Positions 38,201 to 50,343 of a stretch of 64,000 bases of DNA are shown here, piece by piece. The position numbers were made by a program, and so were the translations under genes. This DNA comes from Schizochytrium sp. TIO01 (lineage: Eukaryota; Protista; Bigyra: Labyrinthulomycetes). Under the pieces are notes generated by a model. The model had not been told where the DNA came from and did no database searches. It saw nothing but the letters and a program-made list of their open reading frames with translations. How positions within the stretch are numbered: the stretch's first letter is position 1; each line of letters opens with the position of its first letter. Location: positions 348,747 to 412,746 of the forward strand of contig SMSO01000037.1 of the NCBI GenBank assembly GCA_004764695.1, read 5' to 3'.

Positions 38201-39996
38201 GCATGGGGGCTGGGTTTTCTCCGGAAACGTCGCAAACATTGGTGGGTAGTGCTGGAAAATACCTCACCACAGCCCTGCGAAAGCCAGAGTCATATACTCA
38301 ACCTGTTGGAGCGTTTCTTGCTTTCCAGGAATGCTTAGATATCGCCATTGACTTGGAGGCAACTGCCGAGTTCCTACGTGCAAGTTTTGGCTTGGACGCG
38401 AGCGAAGATGATGCATCTGCAATAGATACATCTATTGGATTGCTCCGCCAGGATATCTTTGATACACTTTTAAATGCAATCGAGAAGCCGCGTATCTGGA
38501 CTAGGCTAATTCCGATGGCTCAAATTCTTCTCAACCTGATGCCATTGAGTAGTGATCCTTCTCAACACAACGACTGGGTCCAGGATAACCTGATGGAGCG
38601 CCAATTTCGAAATTCTAAATTCTCCGAAATGGCCATGCAACTCTACCTTGTAACTTCCCAACTCTCTATGCCAGACGGTCATGACTTGGCCGGTGCAACA
38701 GGGTTTGCTGTTGCTGTATATCACAGGCTTGGGAAACGTGAAGATCTGGCAGAAGACGAATCGAGCGACGATGACAGCAGCGATGATGATCTTGGAATTG
38801 GCAATGACGACGATGACGACGACGAAAAGGAGATAAATAATATGGACGATGATAGCGGTGATGAAGAGGCTCAGAGTCATAGTGACAGTGATGCCGACAA
38901 GGACAGTGAGGATGAACAGGAGCTAGGTGACGGTGATGATGACCCTTCTAAAAAGCGAAAAGGGACAAAACAAAGTAGTAGGTCAGCAAAGTCGAAGGAA
39001 TCAAGCAGCAAAAAGAAGGCGAACTCTAAGAAGCACCAGCATATTTCTGCAGCTCCTACTCAATCCCAGACCCAGGCAGCTCCAGTAGCAATTCCAAATG
39101 TAGATTTCTTGATTCTGAATGATCGTTCAAGAGGCGCGGCTATTCTTGTTCTTTTGCAACATTTATCCTTCGTGCTTGATGAGTGTGAATGGGCAGCTAG
39201 CCACATGAAAGACGACCCGATAAGCGTGGCAGCCCCAATTAGCTTTAATCACTTAGATCTCACGCGTGCAAAGAAGCGACGTCGTGATCAGGACAAACTT
39301 ATAAATGAAAAACTACGTCAAATCCAGGTTGCATGGTCACCAATTATCCGTGCTGAGCTGACCGACCACAAATGCTATGACGTCTTAGTGAAAGTTCAGA
39401 CACGTTTGTACAAGCTTCTAGCTAGCCAACTGAAAATTCGTGCTAGCCAAAGAAACGCAAGTACACCTTTAGATCTGCGAAAGCTTTTGCGACGCACCTG
39501 CATGAACTCGGAGTTCACCTACAAGATGCTTCGGTATCGCGGGGCTGCAACTTCAACATCAGCTGCCAACATTGCAAAGGAAGCAAAAAGTATGCCTCTG
39601 CTTGTGTATCAAATCGAGCAGTATGATGTACAACTTGTTCGTCTTGCAAAAATGCAGCGTAAGAATGCTGCATTATCCTTTACAGACTTTGTCTACAACA
39701 TGGCTGCTTGGGATTTTCAAATTCGCGTCTCTGCGAAAAAGCGTGCCCGCCCTGAGAAGGTCAGTACTCAGCGTAGTGAAGAGTCCAAGGTCTCTGAGGC
39801 GCAGGAAGACCAACAGAATCAAGCCAATCACGCCAATCAGACCAATCAAGATGAGCCTGAGAAGAAAAAAAACAAACGTCTAAAAAAGTCTGCTACTAAA
39901 GCCGCTCCAGCAAGTGGGACTCAGTCTAGCGAAACTACTACAACCTCAACATCTTCGTCCTCCAGTGCAAGTAGCTCCACAACGGCTGCTTCATAA
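35289..39996 (+). CDS. FANCI: Fanconi anemia group I protein homologue (~1568 aa), reconstructed from ORFs 35289-37724 and 37552-39996 joined by a +1 frameshift near 37660-37724
   Basis: Matches to human FANCI (recalled from memory): GILVFRKALFQRDLQPRLVAVQGLLLLL vs [27 protein letters not shown] (K523 site); EIINCVHRCLGHQMQVRATLYAGL vs [44 protein letters not shown]; and C-terminal EAKSMPLLVYQIEQYDVQLVRLAK...WDFQI vs [24 protein letters not shown]...RDFKI. N- and C-terminal motifs lie in different frames. Confidence 0.88.
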
Positions 39997-41513
39997 TTTG
40001 ATATTCCTTTGAAATTTGTTAAAATGTATGAATTTGTCGTAAGATCCAAGTTTTTTTAGATCAGTGAAAAGGGTCTTCAGCAGTTTGAGTAACTTATTTC
40101 TTACAGAGATATAAACCATGTCATCATATTAGAAGGTTTCAGACAAACGTCAGATCGTAATCTATAGGATTGAAGTGCTTACGATACCTTGCCACCTTAA
40201 CCATCAACTTTGGTTTCTCTCATTTATCTTCTCTTTGGAAACTTGTAACCTGAAATTCCTTGGCTCTCCAAGCACATAATTAGTTCATTTGGCAGAAAGT
40301 TATCGTTCGAGAGACTTTGCATAGATAGGTCACGGACTATAGGAGAGTCCTACTCAATTGGTTCTCCATCTTGCGATCCAGCAAGCAGGTAATTTCTCTT
40401 CCCCTCAAGTGCTTCTAGAAACCCTTTTAGGACTAAGTTATCCTTTACTTACCAAAGCTATTTTAGTTGTAACTCTGCAGCAACATTTGGAGTGCCTCAC
40501 TCGTCTATTGTATAATTCGATAATTATCCCAGAATCGATACTCAAAAGACCGACACCCCTAACACTGGGAACTTCATTATTAATAAGATTCTCCACCTCT
40601 GTGAGAGAATCCTACTTTTGACTTGGTGGCTTTAGCTCGGATGTTATGAATCTGCCAAGTTCACCAGCAGTCTATTTCCGAATTCATCCACATGAGCTCT
40701 CTGACTTTCAGATAAGTAAAACCAAGCCGATGGTAGGCAACCTGTAGAAAACCTGACCTCAAATAATGCTCGTGAGCCATGGGTAATGTCACAATGCTTC
40801 TCATATAGATATACCAAGTGTAATGAACAAGGGTTCTCCCCAAGACTGGCAAACCACTAACTCCTTAGCCTTCATTTGTCATTAATTATATCATAATTAG
40901 TTAACCTAAGTATCCATGTCCGATGGTTTATCAAGAACTGTACCTATCGAAAAGTACGTGCCTTCTTCAATCTTCAAATGCGCAAACAAATGTAGGAGTA
41001 TTTGCAATGACTTGTAACGTGATGCTCAGTAAAGCATCACTTGTTAAATGAAGATGAATGCACAAAAGGAAGTTTTTAATTTTTATATTTTGGGGGAGAA
41101 CATAAACCATATCAGTATTGTCAATTAATTCAGCCGACGATCTTGTGGGTCTATAATTGCTAGCAGGGCACCCACAGAGCAAGCGATTGAGTGCCATAGT
41201 TACATGTAGTGAGTAGCACAGTTGCTTAGGTTGTGTTATGAAGAACGAGATTGCGCTGTGTTTGCTTTTCAGTGCTGCACTTGAGATGAACGGAGGGACT
41301 TAGAAAGAAGCTAGAGTGCGCGGCGATGTGGAGACAAGGTAAAATTAGCAGTCGTTGTAGATAAATGGGCTACAGCCAAGTGCAGAGCATTGCTTGCGTC
41401 CTGTCTTTCGATAAATGGTGTTTTCAGTGTTCATACCGTCTTGCTGTGGTTTTCACTCGATCTGTTTTGTACCGACATCATCAAAACTGTAGCCTTTGGA
41501 AAGACACATGAGC

Positions 41514-43440
41514 TTAGGCAAGACGAGGGCTTTTGGACTGTGGGATTGCGAAACCATCAAGCGCTCCATCTAATGGGCTGGTGTCATAATCATTTGCCGG
41601 ATTATACTCATCAGAGGTTTTTCGTTTGTGAAGTACACGGGATGTCTGGCGATGCTTTGATGCTTCAATGTCTCCATATGCGGATGAGGAGTGATTCGAA
41701 AAGTAGTCACTAGTAGGGAAGTGCACCATTGGGGAGGGCGGTGCATCTGGGGAATGAGACATTCCAAAGGAGCTTTGCTGGTGGTGTTGGTGATGATGGT
41801 GATGCTGGTGATGATGCCCAGATATGCCTGAAGGATCATCGTGAGCTCGGGAGGACGATGGCGGGGGTGATTGGTTGCCACTAAGACTCAGAGGAGCGAG
41901 TGCGCTTGGTAGGTGGCGACTAGGCGAAAGCATACCAGATGGTGTAGGGGAATTAAGACTTACAGGCGAAGAGGAACCCGATGAAGACTCCGACGAACCT
42001 GAGTAGCCTCGGCGCCTGGCTGTAAAGGTTTGCAAATGTAGGCGCATGTAAGGCGATTTGCGTCCATCTGTGCCATTTGCTCCACTATGATTGAGTGAGG
42101 TGCTGTGGTTCATGTTACTGTTACAACTGGTAGAGTGATCATCTTCACCACGTGGTGTCAGCTTGAGGAGTTGTGCTAAGGCGCGAGAGGTGCCTGTTGA
42201 AGTGCTGCGCTGAAAGCCACCAACGAGGTCTTCGGATTGATGCTGCTTCAGGTCACTTGCGTTGCTTGGGTAATCAAGGTCTCCAAAAAACGCCGGGCTT
42301 CCACCATTACGTGCTAACATGTCAGCTGGGTCTGGGTAGACTTGACTGAGGTGAAGCATCTCATGAGAAGAAGCATGGCTTGATGACGTGGTGGGAGGTG
42401 GGGGCGGCGAAGATGATTGGTGCATGCGAAATGGGAGAGGGGGTCCTTTCTTCGCCATGGTATAAATCACTTACACGGTCAAAATCAAGCTCGTTGGAGG
42501 AGAGGTGGTCATTGTGCAGCATAGATGCTAAGTGAAGGGAATGTGTGCCATGCGCAGATGGTGTCGAAGAGGGGTAAAATCCGCCTGGACTACTGCCGCG
42601 CTCACCATCATCGAGCAAGTTACCATACGTGTGGTGCTGGTGCGAATGGTGTGAGTGATGATGTTGTTGGTGGTGAGACGATCCACCAATGTCAAGACCT
42701 TGTCCACCATAAAGAGAGTTGCCAATCATGCTGTGCTGGCCAATTTGACGTTCCTGGGATACTTTGCTGTAAAAACGACGGCGAACCTCGAGCAAGAGAC
42801 TACGGGCATCAAAGGGGGCTTTAACAGAAGGCAAACGCTGGTCACACGCAGCACACGAGGCATAGTCACATTTTGCAAGTCCGCGCTGCACACGAAGACG
42901 GTGCATCTGCAGGCACCTTGTACACGCGTTGTGGTTTGAACAAACCCACCGGTGCTCCAGAAGCTTATCAAGCATGCGAATGTCGCGCTCAGCAGGGGTG
43001 ATCTGAGGTCCCTTGTCTACAAGAGGGCCAAGATTGGAGCGACGTAACTTCAAATGATGGCGAACGGCATCGTGGGAGCGTTTCTGGTTGGTCTTCTCGT
43101 TAAAGCGGTCTGTGATGAGATGCATAAAACTCTTGCCGCGAATGTTTTGCTTACGCTGCTGGTGGCAAAATGCACTAAGCACTTGCGGGTCGTTCCAAAT
43201 GAGACCTACGAGGATGCGTCTTTCTTCGGCACTAAAGCGACCGGTCCTACCACCAGAGCCGCCGTGCATGCAAGGAGAGTCAGGTGGCTCAAGGGAATTT
43301 GGCGATGCAATCAGGCTGTTGCGCATGCTTTCATCATCATCGTCAGTGTGGTGAACATGCAAGTCATCTAGATCTGCTCCAGACTGAGCCCCAATTACGC
43401 TAGACAGGGCATCAAGAGTTGGCGGTCCTCCCTCATCCAT
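41514..43440 (-). CDS. Putative transcription factor A: Myb/SANT-like domain + Cys/His zinc motif + long His/Ser/Pro-rich disordered tail (~641 aa if ORFs 42361-43440 and 41514-42470 are joined across a +1 frameshift or intron near 42420-42475)
   Basis: First ATG at 43440 has strong context (caccgccATGG); the track's TTG start at 43539 is unlikely in a eukaryote. Conserved module at 42793-43242 is ~58% identical to the 48096-49637 protein. The downstream ORF overlaps in the +1 frame and has the same low-complexity composition. Confidence 0.75.
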
Positions 43441-46400
43441 GGCGGTGAACTTTGTTGGTGATGCAGGTCCTAAGCTGTTTGCCCCTGGTGCCTCCAGTAC
43501 GTTATAATGAACGATACGCAGTTCAAGCCTTGGGTCCAAAAGAACTCTGAGCGTTGAATAATGACAATGTCTTTATGTAAGACCCTATAATCAATAGGGA
43601 GGTCCTATAAAGCTGGTAGGCTAAGATGGTCAGTCAGTCAGTCAGTCCACCGGACCGAAGTGAGGATGGGTATTTGCTGCCCTGGAGCTCGATGTTGGAT
43701 GTTATTATTTTTTGTTCTTTTATTTTGTTTTGTTTTGTTTTCCCCTATTGAGAGTCGAGTTGAAGAAAGAAAAGTATTTGTTTTGTGGCAGACGAAATCT
43801 GCGAGGTGAATTGATATTTTGGGCTCGTCAAAGCAATGACTAAAATGAATTGCAGTTGCGGTCACCACGGCCAAGTGGAGAATCCAGAGGATGACTAACG
43901 TCGCGAATGAGCTCGTGTCAGCTAGAGAAAGCTCGTTGCAAGTTAGACAAAGGCCCGGGTCGCTAATTTGGCTCCCACGAAAGCTGTTTGGGTGTTGAGC
44001 ACTCACGCTACGGCAATGAGGACCTACACGCGAAAGTTTTCCTAACTTTTGTTTCACTGTAAAAAGGACCAATAGTACTACTAGCCTGTTGATGGGATCT
44101 TTCACTTATTTTTCTGCCTCAGTTTAGATGGTTTACTAAGGTCTTGTCCTTTTTACTTTGAGGAAAATCCTGCCAGGTTGCTTGCTATATTCTTTGACCA
44201 GCTCGTGGGATGTAGCTGCCAAACTGACTGACTTGTTCACTACCAACTATAGATTGACTTACTTACACAAAGCAAGCGATTGATCAATTTGACTATCTGT
44301 CTGACTGACTCACACTCCTCTTCCTTTTTGTCGTTGAGACGGCCCTCTTCAGAGATCGAAACCTATGCATCTATTAAAAAGAAAGAGAGGTCTAATATTG
44401 TATGTTAATTGCTGGGGTGGGGGGTAGGTTGTCTCTTGTCTGTCATCCGACGGCGCCGCCCAACTCCACAATAAATCACCTTTGACTAACTGTACCACTT
44501 TTCTCATGATTATATTCCATCGATGGAAATGGCTGACACAAGAAATGACACCAAGGAAAACTTCGGAGCAGCCAGCTATTCTTTCTAAACGTGTGGAGAA
44601 GAAGAAAACCACAAACTTGGCAGGGAATTGCAAGGGGAATAGCACTCCTCGTATTAAACTCTGTGATCTATAATAAAATTGAGCAACATCCATCAGTGCA
44701 GCCCACTTACAGCGCACCTACAAGCTCTCTCATGTCAGAGGAGTTGGCTCATCTAGCGCCGCGTAACGCAACTCATAATGTGCGTATAACACCTTAACAC
44801 GTGTTATCATTCATTTTATAACATACCAGAGACCTGTTTCTTGTATGCTAGTCTCCGCGGTGATCGGACTTTTTGGTCTTTCAAGAGAAGGAAGAGAATG
44901 GAGACACACCTGAGGGTGCGACATTTCGGCATGTGTTAAAAAAAATAAAAAATAAAAAATATAAAAAATATAAAAATATTATAAAAATAGCGCTCTGGGG
45001 CAGCGAAGAAGCAACATGGCGCGCCCCAAGGCGCTGTTGGTGAGTCGAATTGGAGGCCTGAAGACGTGTGTTTCACGCCACGAATGCAGACGCGCCCAGC
45101 GCTTTTGCATTATCTTGCGGTGCTCGGAGTAGCGGAACTGCTGCGTTTTGGGGGTGTACTCATGTTGTCTGCATAGTAGTTTATTATGAATAACACTAGT
45201 AGGTGCGTTGTAGTATCTTTGAGGACCACATCGCTGTTTTCTGGGGTGCCCGTGATAAATGATGGTTATCAATCTTGTTGAAGGGACGCGGCTGAGCTAA
45301 CGTGTGCGCAGGCGAGCGTGTGCACGTCACAGGGTTTGTTTTGTTTAAACTAGAAGGTAATGTTCTATTCGGTGTTCTGAAGAGCATGCAAAAAAGGGCA
45401 GGAGATATTCGACTTTTTCCAAGGACAAAATATATCAAGTTACCAGAGTCTAGACATGGGTAGCCATTTCTTCGACCTATTTTATGCTGGATATTCTTGT
45501 GTGCCAATGCTGATGCGAATTGTTAAGCAGCTGTTGCTCCACAGCGATTTACTTTTGTTCAACTAAGTTATCGTTCGAAACTCAGCATGAGATTTCTTTG
45601 GGCATTTCCAAAAGTACCGACGTAAAGTTGGAATGTGCTCAAAAGCCCCAAACATCTTCCAGGCTTTGCGGAAGGGTGCCTTTGGAGTTCTTCATTTTTA
45701 ACGTGCTGACGGCGGTAGAATAAGCTTTATGTTGAGGACAATGCGACATGATGGTCTGTGATGCGGAAGTGCAAGCCTGGAATGGGCGAGCAAAGATGGG
45801 GGACGGTTCAAGCTACTAAGACGAAGTAGTTTTGCGAGATTCGTCGCTCTACGGGCTGACAAAGCGGCGAGACTGCTGCAATATGAGATGCAGTGGTAGT
45901 TATGACTGAGTGGAGCGGAGCTTTTGAAGAGAATGAAGTAGAAAACTGAGTATTCTCCATGGACGGAGGATTTCTTCACCAACTTCATTTTTTTGTTGGG
46001 TTACAAGGTTTTCATACATGGAGTAGCAAAAAAGAATACAGTCAGGTTTCCTAGTTGTTGTCTTCTGTTTCTATTAAGCCTTGTCTTGCGGAAGGTTGCA
46101 ACTTTAAGTGTTGGCGAGGTGGGCTAGAAAATGCATGGCTTTCTGTCGCAGAAGTGAGCAACTGCAAGGAAGGCATAACTCAGGATCATTCATTTTTTTG
46201 TTCTGCCACAGGAGGTATTGCTGCTGTTGGGGAAATATAACCTACCCTGACGGTGTGATTGGTTTATGACTTGATTGTATGACTGGGAGAGATTGGCTGA
46301 CTTTTCGAAATGCTAAAGTTGCAGCATATGTGTCTCTCCACGTCGGTATTCGTACATATGTGGCGGGCAGCCAAAGTACAGTTGCCTAAATCATGACTTT

Positions 46401-48095
46401 TGGAACCTACTCGCCATTGCATTGCATGAGGGAAAAGATATGGTAGGAGTGTAATACAGGCGAGATTTTGAAGACGGTTCCGTGATCTTAAGTCTTGCAG
46501 TGCAACAAATCTATCGAGGCTGAGTTTGCTTCGGGACTCGTTAAAAACAGGCACTTCAAAATTCATGAAACGAGGAAGGGACGAAAAGAGCTCGCAAATT
46601 TGGCTATGACATTCAGTGCTCAGTGTAAATAATTCATATGGTGTTTTGAAAGATACAAGTATAGTGTACCGGTCCTTGGAATATTTCCTGTTTGCTTTTT
46701 CCCCGATTGGCATTCACGGTATTTTAACGTGTTGAAGAAGAAAGACGAGCCTTGGATAGTGTTAGTTTGCAATATTCCGCAGCTTCAAGTTTCGCTCTTT
46801 GATACTCAAAGCATATTAGGGAGGTGTACCATCACGGATCATAGATACACTCTTGTGAATGTATCGTATTTGAAAAGGGACCTATAAAAAATCTCAAATA
46901 ACAATAGCCTCTTTGACAGAGAGATCATGAGAGGAAATAAAAGCTCACACGATCTTGAATCTAATCGATTTGAACTCTCTGCTCATCAAACTGCGAATGT
47001 GTACATGCATATCTTTGATTTGAAAATAGCTCCGCGTCAAGGCTCTTCTTCGTCGCCATATGTTATGATTATGCTGTGGGTACACAACAATACTTTGCTT
47101 TATTATGAGGTAGATCTGATATGCAATTGACATTGTGCATGTAGTAGTAAATCATCGATGAAAAAGTTGACGTAAAGGGGCGTATGAATAACGTAATATT
47201 AAAAATAAATCTATTCTTTCTCCCAAGACTTTAAATCATCGTCTTCCACGTAACATGGACTATAAATTCTCCAGAAGGGCTCTTTACGAACTGGGGTTGT
47301 TGTTCCAATGGTGATACATGGATGAGTTGTGAGCTTCTTGTTTTGGAGACTATGCCTGGCTTTGAGTAAAAAAAGAAGAAGAGGATTGGAGATGTTGCCA
47401 TATTAATATAGTATGGCTTTAACTGAAAATGTGTAACTTGAAGATGAAACATGTGATCAAAATTTTGACTTACATCACAAGTCGAGCGGAATGTTTCATG
47501 AGCTTATCGAGGACGTTATGTTCACCTTTCTATATCTTATAAGGTTTGGAACACTTTAACTGGCTTAAGATATGCCTCGCAACCTATTTGTTTGATAAAA
47601 GTCCAAATCAAACGCATAGCATTCATTTAGTATGGGGAAACGAGGTATTACACGCGTGTCTTTTCCAGGTGGAGACAATAATAATAATGTCAAGCATCAT
47701 AATTTCACAAGAGCATATATGATCGGTTGAGGTGAGTCAATAGAAGGGAATAATCAAAATCTAATCAGAGAATTGTACATGAGATTATAAAATTGTACCA
47801 GTTTATGTATAAAGTTCAATCAATCAGAGTAGAGTAAAAGCTCAGCAATCTAGATGAGGGATCACCGACGAAATGATTGATCCGCTTGATGCTCTACTGG
47901 TGGGGTGGAGAGGTTGGTAGCACCGGCTAAATCGATGCAGGACCTGTGTAATGTTTGTGTTTTGTATGTACGAGAATGGAATGAGATGGCATGGTCATGG
48001 GTCATAGTATTGCAGGAAAAGGAATAAATCAACTTGAGCTCTTTTGTGTGTGGGAGAGCCAAAGATGCTGTAAAGCAGGCAGAGCTCGTAGCTCT

Positions 48096-49637
48096 TTACT
48101 GGTTCTTGCTTGCCTGTGCCAAGGTCTCTGCGAGACTGACCTCGAAATCAGAAAAGGCTCTGGGAGTAGGGCGCACCTTCGGGTCCGGGTTGACAGTGTT
48201 CTTGGAAATGAAATTTAAGCTCGGAATGCTGCTAACTGGGGTCATGGGCATCTGGAGGCCACCGCTGCCAGAGTTGCTGGCGTTGGCTGCGAGAAGGGCG
48301 TTGAGAAGAGTCTGGCGTTCACGCTGCTCCTGGAGAAGACGCATGATGGTAGCATTGTCCGAAAGCTGTTGTTGTTGGTTGTTGGCACTGTTTTTGGTGA
48401 GCGAATTCAACAGGTTAAGGGTTTGCTGAGATTGTTGCTGCTGTTGAAGGCTAGCAAGAAGATTGTGCGGGAGGAGATTGAGTGCAGAGGCAGTCTGAAA
48501 TGGCAAGCCAGAGGTTGAGTTCGCACTGCCATTGCTATCAGTACGTTGCTGAAGAGCCTGGAGCATCACTTGGTTGCGGCGCTCCGGGAGTGAAATACTA
48601 TTTGCCTCTTCACCATTGCTGAGCATGGATCCTGCAAGGCCAAGCTGGGCAAGCGGGAGACGCTGAAGGTGGTGATGGTGTTGAAACTGACGCTGCTGCT
48701 CTTGTTGCTGTGTAAAGCGCAAAAGGCCACGAACATCAAAATCATCGAGGACATGGGGAAGACTAGGGTCACACTTATCGCAACCAGGGTATCCACATCG
48801 AGCGAGGCCACGGCGCACCCGGAGTCGGGACAGCTGCAAGCATCGAGCACAAGCGTCACGACGTGAGCATGTGCTGGAGTGCTCGAGAAGATGAAGAAAA
48901 TCAGCGAGCTCCTGTTCGTCAGCGGACAGGATGACACGGTTATCAGTGGGCTGGGGGCGACGGAGCTTAAGGTGATGGCGCACGGCATCGTGGGAGCGCT
49001 TGCGCTTGGCACGCTTGTTAAAGCGAGTGCCGATTTCGTGCATCCAGCTCTTGCCATCCCAAATGCGGCGCTTCAACTGGTGCAAGAAGGACCTCAAAAG
49101 CTCAGGGTCCTCGCGAATAATACCAAACAAAAGCCGTCTTTCGCTCTGGGAGAAGCGACCTTTCATGCGACCGCTGCGACCGCGGCCTTCGTCGCCGCTT
49201 TCATCATCATCATCATCATCGTCGTCGTCATCATCCTCTCCGCTGGCACTGCTGTGAGACTCTTGCCTCACTGCGGCTTTCGGCGAAGAGGTGGCTTCGG
49301 TCTTGAGTGCCTTATTCGGTTGGTTGATCATGAGGTCTGTCGCAGTTTTAGATGCACTGCTGTCAGTCTTGCTGTCAGCTTTGCCTTCGTTGGTCACATT
49401 CGACTCGAGCGGGCGTTTGCGAGATTCCTGCTGTTGCTGCTGAGCATTCTGAGAGACCTGCCTCTGGACCTGAGCAAACTGTTCGAGGAGAGCTGCAAAG
49501 CTTGCTGTCGGTGCGACGCCCGCGACGTTGGCTTCAAGACCCAAGGCTCCGAGTTGTCTGGCTGCGGAGTTCTCACCGGCATTCTGGCGATCGGCATCGC
49601 CAGAGTGTTGCTGCTGCACTACCGCAAGGGGCGGCAT
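48096..49637 (-). CDS. Putative transcription factor B: Myb/SANT-like domain + Cys/His zinc motif, poly-Asp and Gln-rich regions, 513 aa
   Basis: Intact ORF with basic NLS-like motifs SRKRP and KRAKRKR. An acidic poly-D tract precedes GRFSQSERR. Conserved module at 48720-49160 is paralogous to gene A. The C-terminus is Q/N/L-rich, like an activation domain. Confidence 0.85.
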   Translation of the reverse strand: MPPLAVVQQQHSGDADRQNAGENSAARQLGALGLEANVAGVAPTASFAALLEQFAQVQRQVSQNAQQQQQESRKRPLESNVTNEGKADSKTDSSASKTATDLMINQPNKALKTEATSSPKAAVRQESHSSASGEDDDDDDDDDDDESGDEGRGRSGRMKGRFSQSERRLLFGIIREDPELLRSFLHQLKRRIWDGKSWMHEIGTRFNKRAKRKRSHDAVRHHLKLRRPQPTDNRVILSADEQELADFLHLLEHSSTCSRRDACARCLQLSRLRVRRGLARCGYPGCDKCDPSLPHVLDDFDVRGLLRFTQQQEQQRQFQHHHHLQRLPLAQLGLAGSMLSNGEEANSISLPERRNQVMLQALQQRTDSNGSANSTSGLPFQTASALNLLPHNLLASLQQQQQSQQTLNLLNSLTKNSANNQQQQLSDNATIMRLLQEQRERQTLLNALLAANASNSGSGGLQMPMTPVSSIPSLNFISKNTVNPDPKVRPTPRAFSDFEVSLAETLAQASKNQ

Positions 49638-49912
49638 CGTGGAAGGTTTATTTTGCGTAGAAGGCGGAATCCTGCTGATCCTAGTAGCTGCCGTTGCTGC
49701 TGCTCAATCGGAGTCAGCAAAAGTCCACGGGGTTGAAGTTCACTGTTGCAAGCAAAAGCGCGTGTGACTACCCAGTCACTCGCTTTTACAGAGGTATGCT
49801 TTCAAAAGAAACAAAGAACGAAAGAACGAAAGTTGTTCTTTCTTCTCTATTCTTTCTCCGTCTCGATCCGCGATCGCGCTCGCTCCGGTCAAGACAGAGC
49901 TTGTTGCCGCTC

Positions 49913-49980
49913 TGCTGCTGCTGCTGCTGTTGGAAAGTAGGCCTCGCTGCTGCTGCTGCTGCTGCTGCTGCACTACTGCT
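49913..49980. repeat. Two (CTG)n tracts (CAG on the coding strand) upstream of gene B
   Basis: Direct reading. Confidence 0.9.
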
Positions 49981-50308
49981 TAAGTTGCGTTGGGATAGGC
50001 GATGTTTGGGGTTTGGGTTTGGGGTTTGCCAGGAGGATGGCTTGTTTGCTCGGCAGATTGATTGAGCGAGTTGAGACTTTCGAGTTCTGGGTTTGTTGTG
50101 CCCATGTTTGTTCTCTGTTAATAATCGCTTTTACTATTTATTCTTTTTTCCTTTTCATTTTTCTCCAATGGGACTTTTCGTTCTTTCATTCTTTTGCTTA
50201 TGTTCTTTCGTTGCACCTTTTGCAAAATTTTAATTTAAAAAATGAAAAGTAAAAGAAAATTTTCCCTCAATTATATACCCTTTATCCTGAGAAAACACTC
50301 ATTCACAA

Positions 50309-50343
<35 letters not shown>

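Noticed and set aside
43441-43539. TTG-initiated N-terminal extension of gene A in the ORF track
   Set aside because: Eukaryotic gene; the ATG at 43440 has an ideal Kozak context.
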